Shown piece after piece: positions 37,499 to 46,679 of a stretch of 64,000 nucleotides of DNA. The position numbers and the translations under genes were made by a program. Position 1 is the stretch's first letter, and each line of letters opens with the position of its first letter. The notes beneath the pieces were generated by a model. That model made no database searches. It had not been told where the DNA came from and worked only from the letters and a program-made list of their open reading frames with translations. The stretch spans positions 32,001 through 96,000 of the forward strand of contig JBHLPH010000001.1 of assembly GCA_048939625.1 (NCBI GenBank). The letters are read 5' to 3'. This DNA is from Promethearchaeota archaeon (lineage in GTDB: Archaea > Asgardarchaeota > Hermodarchaeia > Hermodarchaeales > Hermodarchaeaceae).

Positions 37499-37523
37499 TT
37501 TGGTTCGTTTTTAAGCATTTTGG
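37499..37523 (-). promoter_or_regulatory. Promoter (TATA plus downstream CGAACC) of the giant surface protein gene
   Basis: Minus strand CCAAAATGCTTAAAAACGAACCAAA. Confidence 0.65.
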
Positions 37524-37524
37524 C

Positions 37525-38355
37525 TCATTGGGTGGAAATTGGGTGTTTTCTATGTGTTGGAAGGAGATGTTGGATTAGATAATAGAGGAGAAGCGTTACT
37601 AATGTGGCTCCAAGAAAGGCTATGATAAATGATTGATAGTTTATCCAATAATGAAAGAGAATATGGATTTGAGGAAAGGCGGGATATGACGAGGAGAGCG
37701 CTAAATAGACTTCATGAACCGGTTGGGAGTTTTCGACTAGGATTGATGTAGCACTGATAAGAATACCAGTATGAAATTCGTAGTAATAGATTTCATACTG
37801 TGGTTGGTTTGAGAAATAGGTGAGTTGCCAGCACAAACAAGGGGCTTCTTTGACATAGAGTGAAACCAAGTCGGTTACCGTAAAGGGTGCTATGCGAAGA
37901 AAATTATTAGTTGCAGGAGCATCGCCGTCAATGCGAATCTGATCGCCTAACTGAGGCCCAGGAAGGATCCACCAAGCAGTGTAAAGGGTGAGACCTGCAA
38001 ACACGTAGCTGCGATTCCAACTGTAGGTGTAGGAGGCGTAATTCGTAGTCCAAGTGGTTCCTTCATCCCATGTAAGGTTCCAAGTTAATGAACCGAGGTA
38101 GTAATGATCATCCGTTGAATTCAGAACAAGTTCTACAATACCCCGATAGGAGTTTGAGAGATTGCCATAACAGGATTTAACCACGAGATGATAATTTCGT
38201 ATTTGATTCTGGCTCATTTGTTTATTGTTTGTTTCTATGGAATCCGAAACTGCAATGGGAAGGAGTGTACTAATTAATACCAATAAAGAGATGAAAAGGA
38301 TTGAAAGCAGTTGGGATTTCCTTTTAGGTCGGAGCCTTTTCATTTCACTAAGCAT
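37525..38355 (-). CDS. Secreted protein with C-terminal TM anchor
   Basis: Signal peptide; YYYEFHTGILI resembles FVIDQDTGIYY of 19898-20764; C-terminal TM. Confidence 0.78.
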   Translation of the reverse strand: MLSEMKRLRPKRKSQLLSILFISLLVLISTLLPIAVSDSIETNNKQMSQNQIRNYHLVVKSCYGNLSNSYRGIVELVLNSTDDHYYLGSLTWNLTWDEGTTWTTNYASYTYSWNRSYVFAGLTLYTAWWILPGPQLGDQIRIDGDAPATNNFLRIAPFTVTDLVSLYVKEAPCLCWQLTYFSNQPQYEIYYYEFHTGILISATSILVENSQPVHEVYLALSSSYPAFPQIHILFHYWINYQSFIIAFLGATLVTLLLYYLIQHLLPTHRKHPISTQ

Positions 38356-38412
38356 GATGTATCACGTGAGAACACTGCCAATGTTCAGGGTGTGGTGGAT
38401 TTTTGTTGTTTT

Positions 38413-39081
38413 TTAGGAATTTCGGTGTGGTTTGAGAAGCTGCCATAATATCAGGGCTAAAACACTACTACCGATAATTAAAGCACCAAGAAGGATGATT
38501 GAAAACGTTGCGCCGGTTAGTGAGTTATATATCAGGTATAAGCAGCCGGCGATAAGAGGAAGGGAAAGTAGCAGTAGTTCCAGAAATGTTTGACTAGGTC
38601 GATTCTTTGCAACAGAGATGACAAGTTGGACATCTGCTTTACTAGGTGATAGACCAATAAAGAAACAGAAGGCGAAATAGATAACCAGCCCTTGATGCAT
38701 AGGGAGGACATGCCAGGAGGAAATTAACAGATACAAACCAAACGCGAGTATGAAAAAGGGAGCAAAAGCCACAAGAATACTGCTTGTAAAAGTCTGAATC
38801 TTATCTACATCAACGATGACACCCCCTACAACTCCTTCGTGTTTTCCAAGAAATATACGATGTTCGAGAATAGGAATACCGGTTAGGCGGCAGAGAAGAT
38901 CATGACAAATTTCATGAAGCACAATACCGGGAAATGCGAGGTAGCGGATAAGGGTCCCAAGACGACAGCTTAGAATATCGATGAATTTCATCAGAGCCAA
39001 GCTAGCGGTGAGAAAAAGGGGAATATAGACCATTGCTTCAAATAACATTGCCAAGACAAAGAGATCAAAAGTTGCTTGCAT
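38413..39081 (-). CDS. Membrane-embedded HExxH metalloprotease (M50-like/DUF3267-like)
   Basis: PGIVLHEICH, AFAPF, PSKAD; several TMs. Confidence 0.82.
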   Translation of the reverse strand: MQATFDLFVLAMLFEAMVYIPLFLTASLALMKFIDILSCRLGTLIRYLAFPGIVLHEICHDLLCRLTGIPILEHRIFLGKHEGVVGGVIVDVDKIQTFTSSILVAFAPFFILAFGLYLLISSWHVLPMHQGLVIYFAFCFFIGLSPSKADVQLVISVAKNRPSQTFLELLLLSLPLIAGCLYLIYNSLTGATFSIILLGALIIGSSVLALILWQLLKPHRNS

Positions 39082-39090
39082 CTTCTCACC

Positions 39091-40008
39091 CTATTTATTG
39101 AAAACCTCCGATTTTTGCTTCCGACGTCGATGCGGTGGGAATATAGCCAATTCAGTATTTGCCTTATCAGGGGTAGACGTGGGTGAAGAAGAAGGCACGA
39201 GAGAAGGTAGTGTTTCAGACTGAATTTCATCCTGGTGATTTTGGAGAGTTGAGGTTTCAAGGGGTTGAGCAGCTTGGACGGGAATCATATTTTTAATTCG
39301 AAAATGCTCGAATAATTTCGTTGCTCGATGAAGGAGAATAATGGGTCCCACAATTCCCAGAGTCAGTGTTATTAAAGCGATTGGAAAAAGGCCAAGACTA
39401 GCTAGGATTCCAGAAAGCCCGAGAAATAGTGGGAACATAATCAAGGAAAGACCAAGCTTTTGATAGGATTTCTTAAGCTCCTGAACATTTGGGCTTTGGG
39501 TGTCTGAGGAAAAAGTTCGTTGGGGAAGATTTTGGGTTAGAAATTCGTCAAGATTGTTGGTATGCATCACTTGGGCTGGATAGGCTGTAACATGGTCTCT
39601 AATGGATGATAGAAAGTCATCGGTTTGATAGAGGATTAGTGGAACCATTTGGCAATAAAGAGGTTGTGTTGTGCTGTATGTGAGGACATGGGCCTTTTTA
39701 CCAAGAAAGCTGATGGCATGGCTTTGAAAGTTGGAATTTAAGTGGTGTGGACTATCAGGAAGTTGACTTTGGAGATGTTTTAACGTTTGTATAAGAAGAG
39801 TAACCTCTCTTCTAAGCGCTATACCAGTTTCTTTGACTAACCGAAAGACAAGGATATCGCAGCAAACAGCACCATGATTTTGATATGTTCGAACAGCAAT
39901 GTAGGAGCCATTTCCTCTTGTCGGCAAGACTACGAACTCGTGCTGACAGAGAGTATTCACAAGCAGTTCAGAATCATGGTTAACTTGGTTCGCTTCAACT
40001 TGGGTCAT
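39091..40008 (-). CDS. Hypothetical membrane protein (2 TM)
   Basis: ORF 39091-40026; the TATA at about 40035-40042 suggests a leaderless start at ATG 40008. Confidence 0.7.
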   Translation of the reverse strand: MTQVEANQVNHDSELLVNTLCQHEFVVLPTRGNGSYIAVRTYQNHGAVCCDILVFRLVKETGIALRREVTLLIQTLKHLQSQLPDSPHHLNSNFQSHAISFLGKKAHVLTYSTTQPLYCQMVPLILYQTDDFLSSIRDHVTAYPAQVMHTNNLDEFLTQNLPQRTFSSDTQSPNVQELKKSYQKLGLSLIMFPLFLGLSGILASLGLFPIALITLTLGIVGPIILLHRATKLFEHFRIKNMIPVQAAQPLETSTLQNHQDEIQSETLPSLVPSSSPTSTPDKANTELAIFPPHRRRKQKSEVFNK

Positions 40009-40206
40009 AACGGTTGCGCGCGGCATTTGAAGAATTTTTAAGGATTTCTATTAGTAGCACCATTCGGAAAAACTACAGGTGTAGCACTTCATCAAGTTGC
40101 TAAAAACAAAGCCGCTTCCTTTTAAGAACGTAATTTTCACTGACCGGTTATAGACTGCTTACAGATTGCTTACTGGCAGGTTCAGAAACTACAAATTTGC
40201 GAGTAT

Positions 40207-40234
40207 GTTCAGAAATATCTCGTGAAATCTGAAC
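40207..40234. promoter_or_regulatory. Palindromic site GTTCAG-N16-CTGAAC, copy 1
   Basis: GTTCAG AAATATCTCGTGAAAT CTGAAC. Confidence 0.55.
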
Positions 40235-40348
40235 AAGCTAGCCCTCCTTGTAATAACTGATCCAAAATTTTATGATAAAGACTACAGTTTTTAAAATTCG
40301 AAGATACTCGAAAAACGGCAATGCAAGCTCTGCTGATCGAAGAATTCC

Positions 40349-40376
40349 GTTCAGTAAAGATTCCGTAGAGCTGAAC
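40349..40376. promoter_or_regulatory. Palindromic site GTTCAG-N16-CTGAAC, copy 2
   Basis: GTTCAG TAAAGATTCCGTAGAG CTGAAC. Confidence 0.55.
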
Positions 40377-40476
40377 ACAGAAACTCGATGATAGTTGTTT
40401 TCGAAAGACCCCGCCTATGTGGTGTGTGGTTTAAGTAGTCTTTATCCCTAGAATTGAGAATTCGGAGGTTAAAGGA

Positions 40477-40761
40477 ATGACAAAATCTCATTGGCTGATT
40501 TATTCCGTTTTGGGGCGAGTCGCAGTACAAGCCAGAGGGCCAGCATTGCCTTTAGCGAAGGGATTGTTAGAACTGATTTCCCAGTATATTGCATCAGGAA
40601 TGCCGGTGAAAATGGCTCTGCGCGAATCACTTCTATTAGCAATCCATTCAGCTCAAGTCAAAGCAAAGCATTGTGTTGGAAGTGAACGCTATGCCCTTGA
40701 TGATTTTATTAATTATTGTATGAACATAGAAGTAATGACTGAGCAACTTGTTAGGATATAG
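40477..40761 (+). CDS. Small hypothetical helical protein
   Basis: 94 aa; SD GGAGGT at 40464-40469. Confidence 0.7.
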   Translation: MTKSHWLIYSVLGRVAVQARGPALPLAKGLLELISQYIASGMPVKMALRESLLLAIHSAQVKAKHCVGSERYALDDFINYCMNIEVMTEQLVRI

Positions 40762-40902
40762 TTGGTGCATGAAATATCATCATATTTTGAAATCGTTGAA
40801 TTATAGTTCCTTCAAATGCCTAGGAGCAGGGAAGAGAAGAAAACCTTTAATCACAGTGTGTCGGGTGAAGGCATCAGAGACCAGAAAGGAAGGTTACACT
40901 CA

Positions 40903-41142
40903 ATGTCAGTTTCAGTTTATATCTTGTGCAAAGTGTTTATGGGACACATCCAAAACGTTGTGGAATCTTTGCGGGGATTGAAGGAAGCGACCAGTATTAC
41001 GGTTACAACAGGAGAATATGATGTCGTTGCGCGCCTTAACTTACCCAACCTTGAAGCCTTGTATAATCTTACAGTCAATCATATTGGCAAAATCCAAGGC
41101 TTGGAAAGCGTCACTACAGCAGTTGTTGAAAAGGAATTCTAG
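40903..41142 (+). CDS. Stand-alone Lrp/AsnC ligand-binding (RAM) domain protein
   Basis: VYILCKV...VTTGEYDVVARL...IGKIQGLESVTTAVV; start ATG 40903. Confidence 0.88.
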   Translation: MSVSVYILCKVFMGHIQNVVESLRGLKEATSITVTTGEYDVVARLNLPNLEALYNLTVNHIGKIQGLESVTTAVVEKEF

Positions 41143-41177
41143 AGAAAGGTTGAGATAGAGAAGCGGGGGGAACGAGC

Positions 41178-42461
41178 TTGCGAGCAGCGATGGAACAACT
41201 CATCGGCGCCCGACAAGCGAAAACCGTCTTCTATTTCCTTGCCCTCATATCGGGCGTATTGTATGCGTTCTCCGTCTTCTTCGACGTCTTTATTTACCGA
41301 GTTTTTTTCCACCCTTTCCTTCCCAGTATTTATGCATCTGTAACATTTGCTCTTTCAGAACAGTGGCTTGCGTTATTGTTTACCGTTATTTTACTCCTCA
41401 TTCTTAGTATTCCCACTAATCGTGCCAGACGTCGAAGCGTGGGCACCATAATTGATCGGTCCTTTGCCCACATTACCTTCCCGTCTCGGAAGATTATTCG
41501 CGACATTATCCTGGCGGGACTATTTTCTGGCATCGCCACTTTCGCCTATTACTATGTTGCAGGTCAAAGTTCGGATGTCTCAGCAGTGATTCCCTTCTCA
41601 CGATTATCGCTAATCTACCTCATGATTGGTGACTTAATCCTGATTCGGGATTGGCCTAGCTCCATTGAAGCTCTCTCAATCCTTGCCATCACTTTTGGAG
41701 TCATCTTGGTCGGGATTACCCCAGTAGGAATTTTTAATCCCTATTTGTTGTTGTTCGTGATAACGGTATGGGCAGGTGGAATTGCGTTCAGTATATTCTT
41801 TCAAAGTCGGGCGAAACGTGCGGAAATTCGACCGAACACAACCACAGACTCGCTAAATTTACGGTTATGGATCCTACTGTTTCTAAACACCATCATGACA
41901 GTATTCATGATTCCCTTCATAACACCAGATGTTATCACATTACTCATTGTCCTTCTACCATTAATTTGGGGCTGGTTATTATTACCAGTCTCTCTAACGT
42001 TTTTTTCACTCGTTGCATACCTACAAGCGTTAGGAAGAGGAAAAATGTCAGTCGTCCAAAGCATTGGATCGATAGCTATAATCTTGGGTATCCCATTAAC
42101 AATGGTTGGCGCTTTTCTGTTGCCAGGAATATTCAATCCCCCAGCGACCGATTTCTTGTCTTGGATGCTCAAACTCACCGGCACAATTTTTGTTGTAGCT
42201 GGAATCATCGCTTTATCAAGCGCCACTCTACGCGGATATGTGTTTGTGAAACTAAGACCTGGCACAGGCGACATCATGGATGCTTTACGGCATATTCACG
42301 GAGTTCGCCGCGTCTCAGCAGTATCAGGTCCTTGGGACTACCTAATTAGGATTGAAATACGTACGTTAAGCAGCACCCGAGTGAAGACACTCCGAAAAAT
42401 CGAAGAAGTAAAAGGCGTCGCGGATATGGAGACCTCGCTCATCCTAAAAGAATGGGAATAA
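41178..42461 (+). CDS. EamA/DMT-like transporter fused to a C-terminal Lrp/AsnC RAM domain
   Basis: About 10 TMs in two repeats; C-terminal GYVFVKL..VSGPWDYLIRIE..IEEVKGVADMETSLIL. Confidence 0.8.
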   Translation: MRAAMEQLIGARQAKTVFYFLALISGVLYAFSVFFDVFIYRVFFHPFLPSIYASVTFALSEQWLALLFTVILLLILSIPTNRARRRSVGTIIDRSFAHITFPSRKIIRDIILAGLFSGIATFAYYYVAGQSSDVSAVIPFSRLSLIYLMIGDLILIRDWPSSIEALSILAITFGVILVGITPVGIFNPYLLLFVITVWAGGIAFSIFFQSRAKRAEIRPNTTTDSLNLRLWILLFLNTIMTVFMIPFITPDVITLLIVLLPLIWGWLLLPVSLTFFSLVAYLQALGRGKMSVVQSIGSIAIILGIPLTMVGAFLLPGIFNPPATDFLSWMLKLTGTIFVVAGIIALSSATLRGYVFVKLRPGTGDIMDALRHIHGVRRVSAVSGPWDYLIRIEIRTLSSTRVKTLRKIEEVKGVADMETSLILKEWE

Positions 42462-42535
42462 TCACAATTTGGTTCAAATTAGTTTTCGATTAGCCTCCGT
42501 AAGCTATATAAAAAAACTAAATTCCGCGCACCCCC

Positions 42536-43492
42536 GTGATAACCATGGAACCAAACACCCTATTACCCTTGGAAGGGCTGAGCGAAGGATATGGTCTTCG
42601 AGATGAAGCCTTGGATCAAATGCTCATGACTACAGGTTATCGAGAGGTTACCCTACAGTACAGGGCAGCCATCAAACGTGTTCAAGATGCATTTTGTAAC
42701 GATATGCGACTGCGCATTATCTCTATGCCCTCAGAGGATGAAGAACCCCCCCTCTGGCCTCATATGGCTTGGATGCCATTATGGTCCAACCGAGATACCT
42801 GTGTTCTGGTCGCAGACCCATTACAACCCCAAAGCCGCCACAATATCGAATACCTCATTCCATTAGGATATGCTCAGCATTTTGCCCACACAGAAGAAGA
42901 TTACCCCTATTACATGCCTATCAACACACCAGAAATGGTGCTCCCCCCATATCTCGAATGCCATCCTATACGCCTTTCGCCAATATCCATTCTTAACCCT
43001 CGAATCCCTCATGATCCCACTGATAGTGATCCCACGATTTATTCTTTAACTCTTGAAGTAATTTTGCGCCTAAGGGCGTATCTTGCCGATCAACTCCTCA
43101 TTGAAAGGGGATACACTAATGGTGTGTCATATCAGCACACAACCCTACTCTATGAGCTGCCACTCCCAGCTTACCTCGAGGCCGCAGAAGAACCCTGGGC
43201 GCTTTCTTTTCTCCTAATCGATACTGCAAGAGCGATAATCACCTTGGGCCAGACTAATTATCTTACATGGGGGGGACTTAACAACCTCATCGAGTATGTA
43301 CGAAACCGATTACAAGAGTTTGACCGCCTAGTTGGAATCGTGAGCCCACATCCAAGGTTCCTGAACCAATTTGATCAAATTCACCAATATTTCGCTAATA
43401 TCCACCAAACGTTACTTCGAGCTCCTTCAGAAACAAACGAATTCATCTACGAACTATCTCTGAAAGCCGGAATTATCCAAGAAGAAGACTAG
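42536..43492 (+). CDS. Hypothetical protein
   Basis: 318-aa ORF; TATA (TATATAAA) at about 42505. Confidence 0.75.
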   Translation: MITMEPNTLLPLEGLSEGYGLRDEALDQMLMTTGYREVTLQYRAAIKRVQDAFCNDMRLRIISMPSEDEEPPLWPHMAWMPLWSNRDTCVLVADPLQPQSRHNIEYLIPLGYAQHFAHTEEDYPYYMPINTPEMVLPPYLECHPIRLSPISILNPRIPHDPTDSDPTIYSLTLEVILRLRAYLADQLLIERGYTNGVSYQHTTLLYELPLPAYLEAAEEPWALSFLLIDTARAIITLGQTNYLTWGGLNNLIEYVRNRLQEFDRLVGIVSPHPRFLNQFDQIHQYFANIHQTLLRAPSETNEFIYELSLKAGIIQEED

Positions 43493-43679
43493 CCAACATA
43501 AATCGTAGGTCACAAATCCCTAATTGAAACCAAAGCCGAGTCGCCTCTGATTTAGTGTGAACGCTAACTATTTTGATCTAATATTGGACAGCCAGCAATC
43601 CATCAAGATATTTGGAGTTTAAATGCTTAAAAGAGTAAACGAATTACTGATACCCCACCATCCCCTGGTGAGAAACCCT

Positions 43680-44369
43680 ATGCAGTTTCCCTCTCCGGAT
43701 CCTCTTTGGATAATTGAAATCTTTAAGGTCACTGTTCTGTTTTTACTCGCAGCACTATTATTTTGGAAATGGGGGAAGGCAGAACGTCGATTCTATACTG
43801 ATTTTCCTTTCTTAATCGCGTTAGCAATTTCGTTCATCGCTTTTGGTGAATGCATGGAGATAATTGTTCATTCAGGTCTCGCTGTTTTTACCCTTGAACT
43901 CTTCAAACTTCGTGCATCAATTACCGGTGTCTCAATGCTCATGATTCTGTTCATTATCATACGCATTTGGCTTGCTGAGAATATGCGCATTGGTTGGATC
44001 TTAATGGCCATCTTTGCAATTACCTTCTTCACAGCAATTGCACTTGCCCCAACAATGGAGTTAGCACAATTGTTTGCCATTGCGTTCCTACCAATTATCA
44101 TGATTGTGTTCATCATCACCTTTCTTTGGGCATGGCGGCTTCGTCGGCTCCCTGATGTCCACAGCCTGGTCCTAGTCTTGGGAGTCATTATCCTTATGAC
44201 CGCACAGGTGATTAAAGCAGTTCTTCAAGTAATTGGTCTCGTTTACCTAGTTTGGGTTACTGAACTTGTTGACCTTCTTGGATATACCATTTTGGCAACT
44301 AGTTTCCTTGTCAAACCAGGATGGGCGAAACAAAGCCAAGTTGCTTCAACTTCACCCACACCAACCTAA
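43680..44369 (+). CDS. 7-TM membrane protein of unknown function
   Basis: Seven hydrophobic helices; start ATG 43680 after GGTGA. Confidence 0.78.
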   Translation: MQFPSPDPLWIIEIFKVTVLFLLAALLFWKWGKAERRFYTDFPFLIALAISFIAFGECMEIIVHSGLAVFTLELFKLRASITGVSMLMILFIIIRIWLAENMRIGWILMAIFAITFFTAIALAPTMELAQLFAIAFLPIIMIVFIITFLWAWRLRRLPDVHSLVLVLGVIILMTAQVIKAVLQVIGLVYLVWVTELVDLLGYTILATSFLVKPGWAKQSQVASTSPTPT

Positions 44370-44427
44370 CCGAAGAGTCTCCAATTTCGAATTCGCTAGC
44401 CAAATTGAAGAGCCAACAAAAGCTACG

Positions 44428-46005
44428 CTAGGCAATTAGCTGTGTCACTGTGGGTAGCAGGTTAGTAGTTACTTCTTCAAATTTTATAATTCGCCGAATC
44501 TTGGTTTGCCCAGCTATTGAAACGCCGTTCTGCAAACAATGCTGTTGATATTGATCGAAGCTTCCTGGAGCTAAAACATGGATTGAAGGGAGCTGTAAGG
44601 TTCCTGCGTGTCGCACATGTTGGTATAAGTTATTTGTGTTTTGTAGAGCGTCATCAAATTCTTGAGTGAATTTTTTAAGATCCTCTGGCCGATTGGAAAG
44701 TTCGGCAAAAATGTGATAGGAGGCTCCTGATGCATTGATTTCTGGTGCAACAACGTATTCTCGGAGTTGAATTCCATGGTCGTCACACGTGGCGGTTAGT
44801 GCGGAACTGACATCCCATTCTGTAACTTTCTCTCCGCTAAGGTTCATCACATTCTCGCTTTTTCCAAGACATTTGAAGGTTAAAGGATTCAGTGAAGTGA
44901 ATTGAACAAGATCATGAACATCATACCTCCAGAGACTGGTGGGTGAGCTAATGACGATACGATAGGGCGTATTGATTTTCACATCACTTAGTGGAATTGT
45001 TTCAACATCTGCTGCTAGTGGTCCATCTTGAACTGGAGCAAATTCGAAGAAATTATCATCCACAAATGGTGCCACACCATCGGAATCTTGGAAGACTTGT
45101 AGACCATACATGGCTTCTGTACCCGAATAGGAATCATGAATGTGGACATCACCAACTAGATCATGAATAGTTGCAGTATAAAGATCACGGGTAACTCCTG
45201 CACTGACAATTACGGATAACTCAGGCCAGATAGTCCGTAAATCAAGACTGCCATCATCATTAACAGCTTTATCTAGAACTCTCTGTGTGTTTTTTGAGAG
45301 GGTTGGTTCATCCTTTAACCAGCCATAGGATTCATACTTCGTTCGACGGAGAACCGCTAGGACAAAGGAGGTTATGCCTGCTGCCCCCGTGAGATTGCGG
45401 GTTTCAACTCCTTGTTGGATAGAAACACGGAACTTTTGATCCCAATCCTGTAAATCAAACACTTCTCCCTTGGGTACGATTTTTCGAGAAAGCAATGGGT
45501 TTCCGTTTTTTGCTAAATGTCCTGAAACAAAGCCCACATCCCACTTACCTATACGCTTATAGACGGACGGGGCGGCCATCACTAGAAGTTTTCCATGGAA
45601 AAACGGCCTTAGATAATCAGCAAATGCGAAAACCCGCATTCGTAACTTCGCACAGGACTTATTGCACGTATGTGTATAAGGGATAAGCTTTGGTTCACCT
45701 GTTGTGCCACTGGTAGCCATGACATTTTCAATGGGTTCGGGATATAGCACATTTGAATTCCCTTCTAGTTCACGTAGAATCAGAGGTTCAAAATCAGCAT
45801 ATTGATTAACTGGAATCCGTTGCACCAAGTCCTCAAAACCACGAATATCACTGAATCTATGTTTTTTTCCATAATGCGTATTTGCCGCATAGTTCAGTAA
45901 ACGCTTAAGTGAGTCTTCTTGGGCAGCTATAGGATCCTCCAGTGTTTTTAGAAAAGGTTTCACACTTATTCGATGAAGCAATTTTGAGGCTAGTTTCCAA
46001 ATCAT
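44428..46005 (-). CDS. GH3 (auxin-responsive) family acyl-adenylate-forming ligase
   Basis: ANTHYGKKH, ATSGTTGEPKLIP, YSGTEA, FFEF.P, LWRYDVHDLV, GEKV, QTK. Confidence 0.9.
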   Translation of the reverse strand: MIWKLASKLLHRISVKPFLKTLEDPIAAQEDSLKRLLNYAANTHYGKKHRFSDIRGFEDLVQRIPVNQYADFEPLILRELEGNSNVLYPEPIENVMATSGTTGEPKLIPYTHTCNKSCAKLRMRVFAFADYLRPFFHGKLLVMAAPSVYKRIGKWDVGFVSGHLAKNGNPLLSRKIVPKGEVFDLQDWDQKFRVSIQQGVETRNLTGAAGITSFVLAVLRRTKYESYGWLKDEPTLSKNTQRVLDKAVNDDGSLDLRTIWPELSVIVSAGVTRDLYTATIHDLVGDVHIHDSYSGTEAMYGLQVFQDSDGVAPFVDDNFFEFAPVQDGPLAADVETIPLSDVKINTPYRIVISSPTSLWRYDVHDLVQFTSLNPLTFKCLGKSENVMNLSGEKVTEWDVSSALTATCDDHGIQLREYVVAPEINASGASYHIFAELSNRPEDLKKFTQEFDDALQNTNNLYQHVRHAGTLQLPSIHVLAPGSFDQYQQHCLQNGVSIAGQTKIRRIIKFEEVTTNLLPTVTQLIA

Positions 46006-46570
46006 TTAGTTCACTTCTTAGTAATTATAAGAAGCGAGAAATGCGAATCCATAGAGCCGCCCAAAATGCGTTGGATTCCATACTCTATCAGAGCTAGTGA
46101 AATCAACCTTTGCTTTTGGATTTTATAATTGGAGTCCGCATGTTCTCGCTCCAGCAAGCTTGTTTGCGTGATTTCACCATTTTTTAAGCGCTATGGGGAC
46201 TAGCTCCACAACTGAATGACTTTTCTAACCTTCTGAGTGCGCTCCCTAGAGCTAGAAGACGTCGCTTTCCTGCTATGAAATCCAGCAGAACATAATTCGA
46301 AATAGCCTGAAGGTTTCAAAATCCGTCTTGTTGATAGATTTTTTTGGTACATCGAATATTGCTTGAATAATTTTCTCCAATCTGCATTGGAATTTCATTT
46401 CGTTTCACCTGAATACGGAAACAAAGATTAAATGCCATAGTAAGGGGTTTCACGGCGTAAGAATAGTATCGGGAAAAATGGTTTTTGGCATAACGCTTTT
46501 AAACTAATCAAATTCCGCGCGGTTCCAGACACAACTTACCTACAAGCGAAAAATGAAGGTGCGGAACAAC

Positions 46571-46609
46571 ATGGACCCACGCTCAGATGGACCAATCTGG
46601 CCTTGTTAA
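46571..46609 (+). CDS. Putative micro-ORF MDPRSDGPIWPC (or 18-aa MKVRNNMDPRSDGPIWPC from 46553)
   Basis: TATA-like CTTTTAAA at about 46496-46503; SD-like GAAGGTG 46555-46561; followed by a +strand terminator. Confidence 0.35.
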   Translation: MDPRSDGPIWPC

Positions 46610-46632
46610 GGACCATTAACTTCAATGATTCT

Positions 46633-46679
46633 TGGGATGCGCAGCCTATTGTTGCTGCCATCCCAGCTTCTTTTTCTTT
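46633..46679 (+). terminator. Hairpin plus U-tract terminator oriented on + although both flanking genes are on -
   Basis: TGGGATG-C-GCAGC/GCTGC-CATCCCA then GCTTCTTTTTCTTT. Confidence 0.6.

Noticed and set aside
41768-42349. 193-aa alternative-frame ORF and other shadow ORFs inside longer genes
   Set aside because: Fully nested in well-supported CDS, with atypical composition and no motifs.
43680-44369. Rhodopsin identity for the 7-TM protein
   Set aside because: No retinal-binding Lys in a DxxxK/SxxxK context in helix 7 and no RYxxW-like helix 3 motif.
46006-46490. Pseudogene in the long intergenic region upstream of GH3
   Set aside because: The minus-strand frames I translated give only ~40-aa ORFs with no recognisable similarity.
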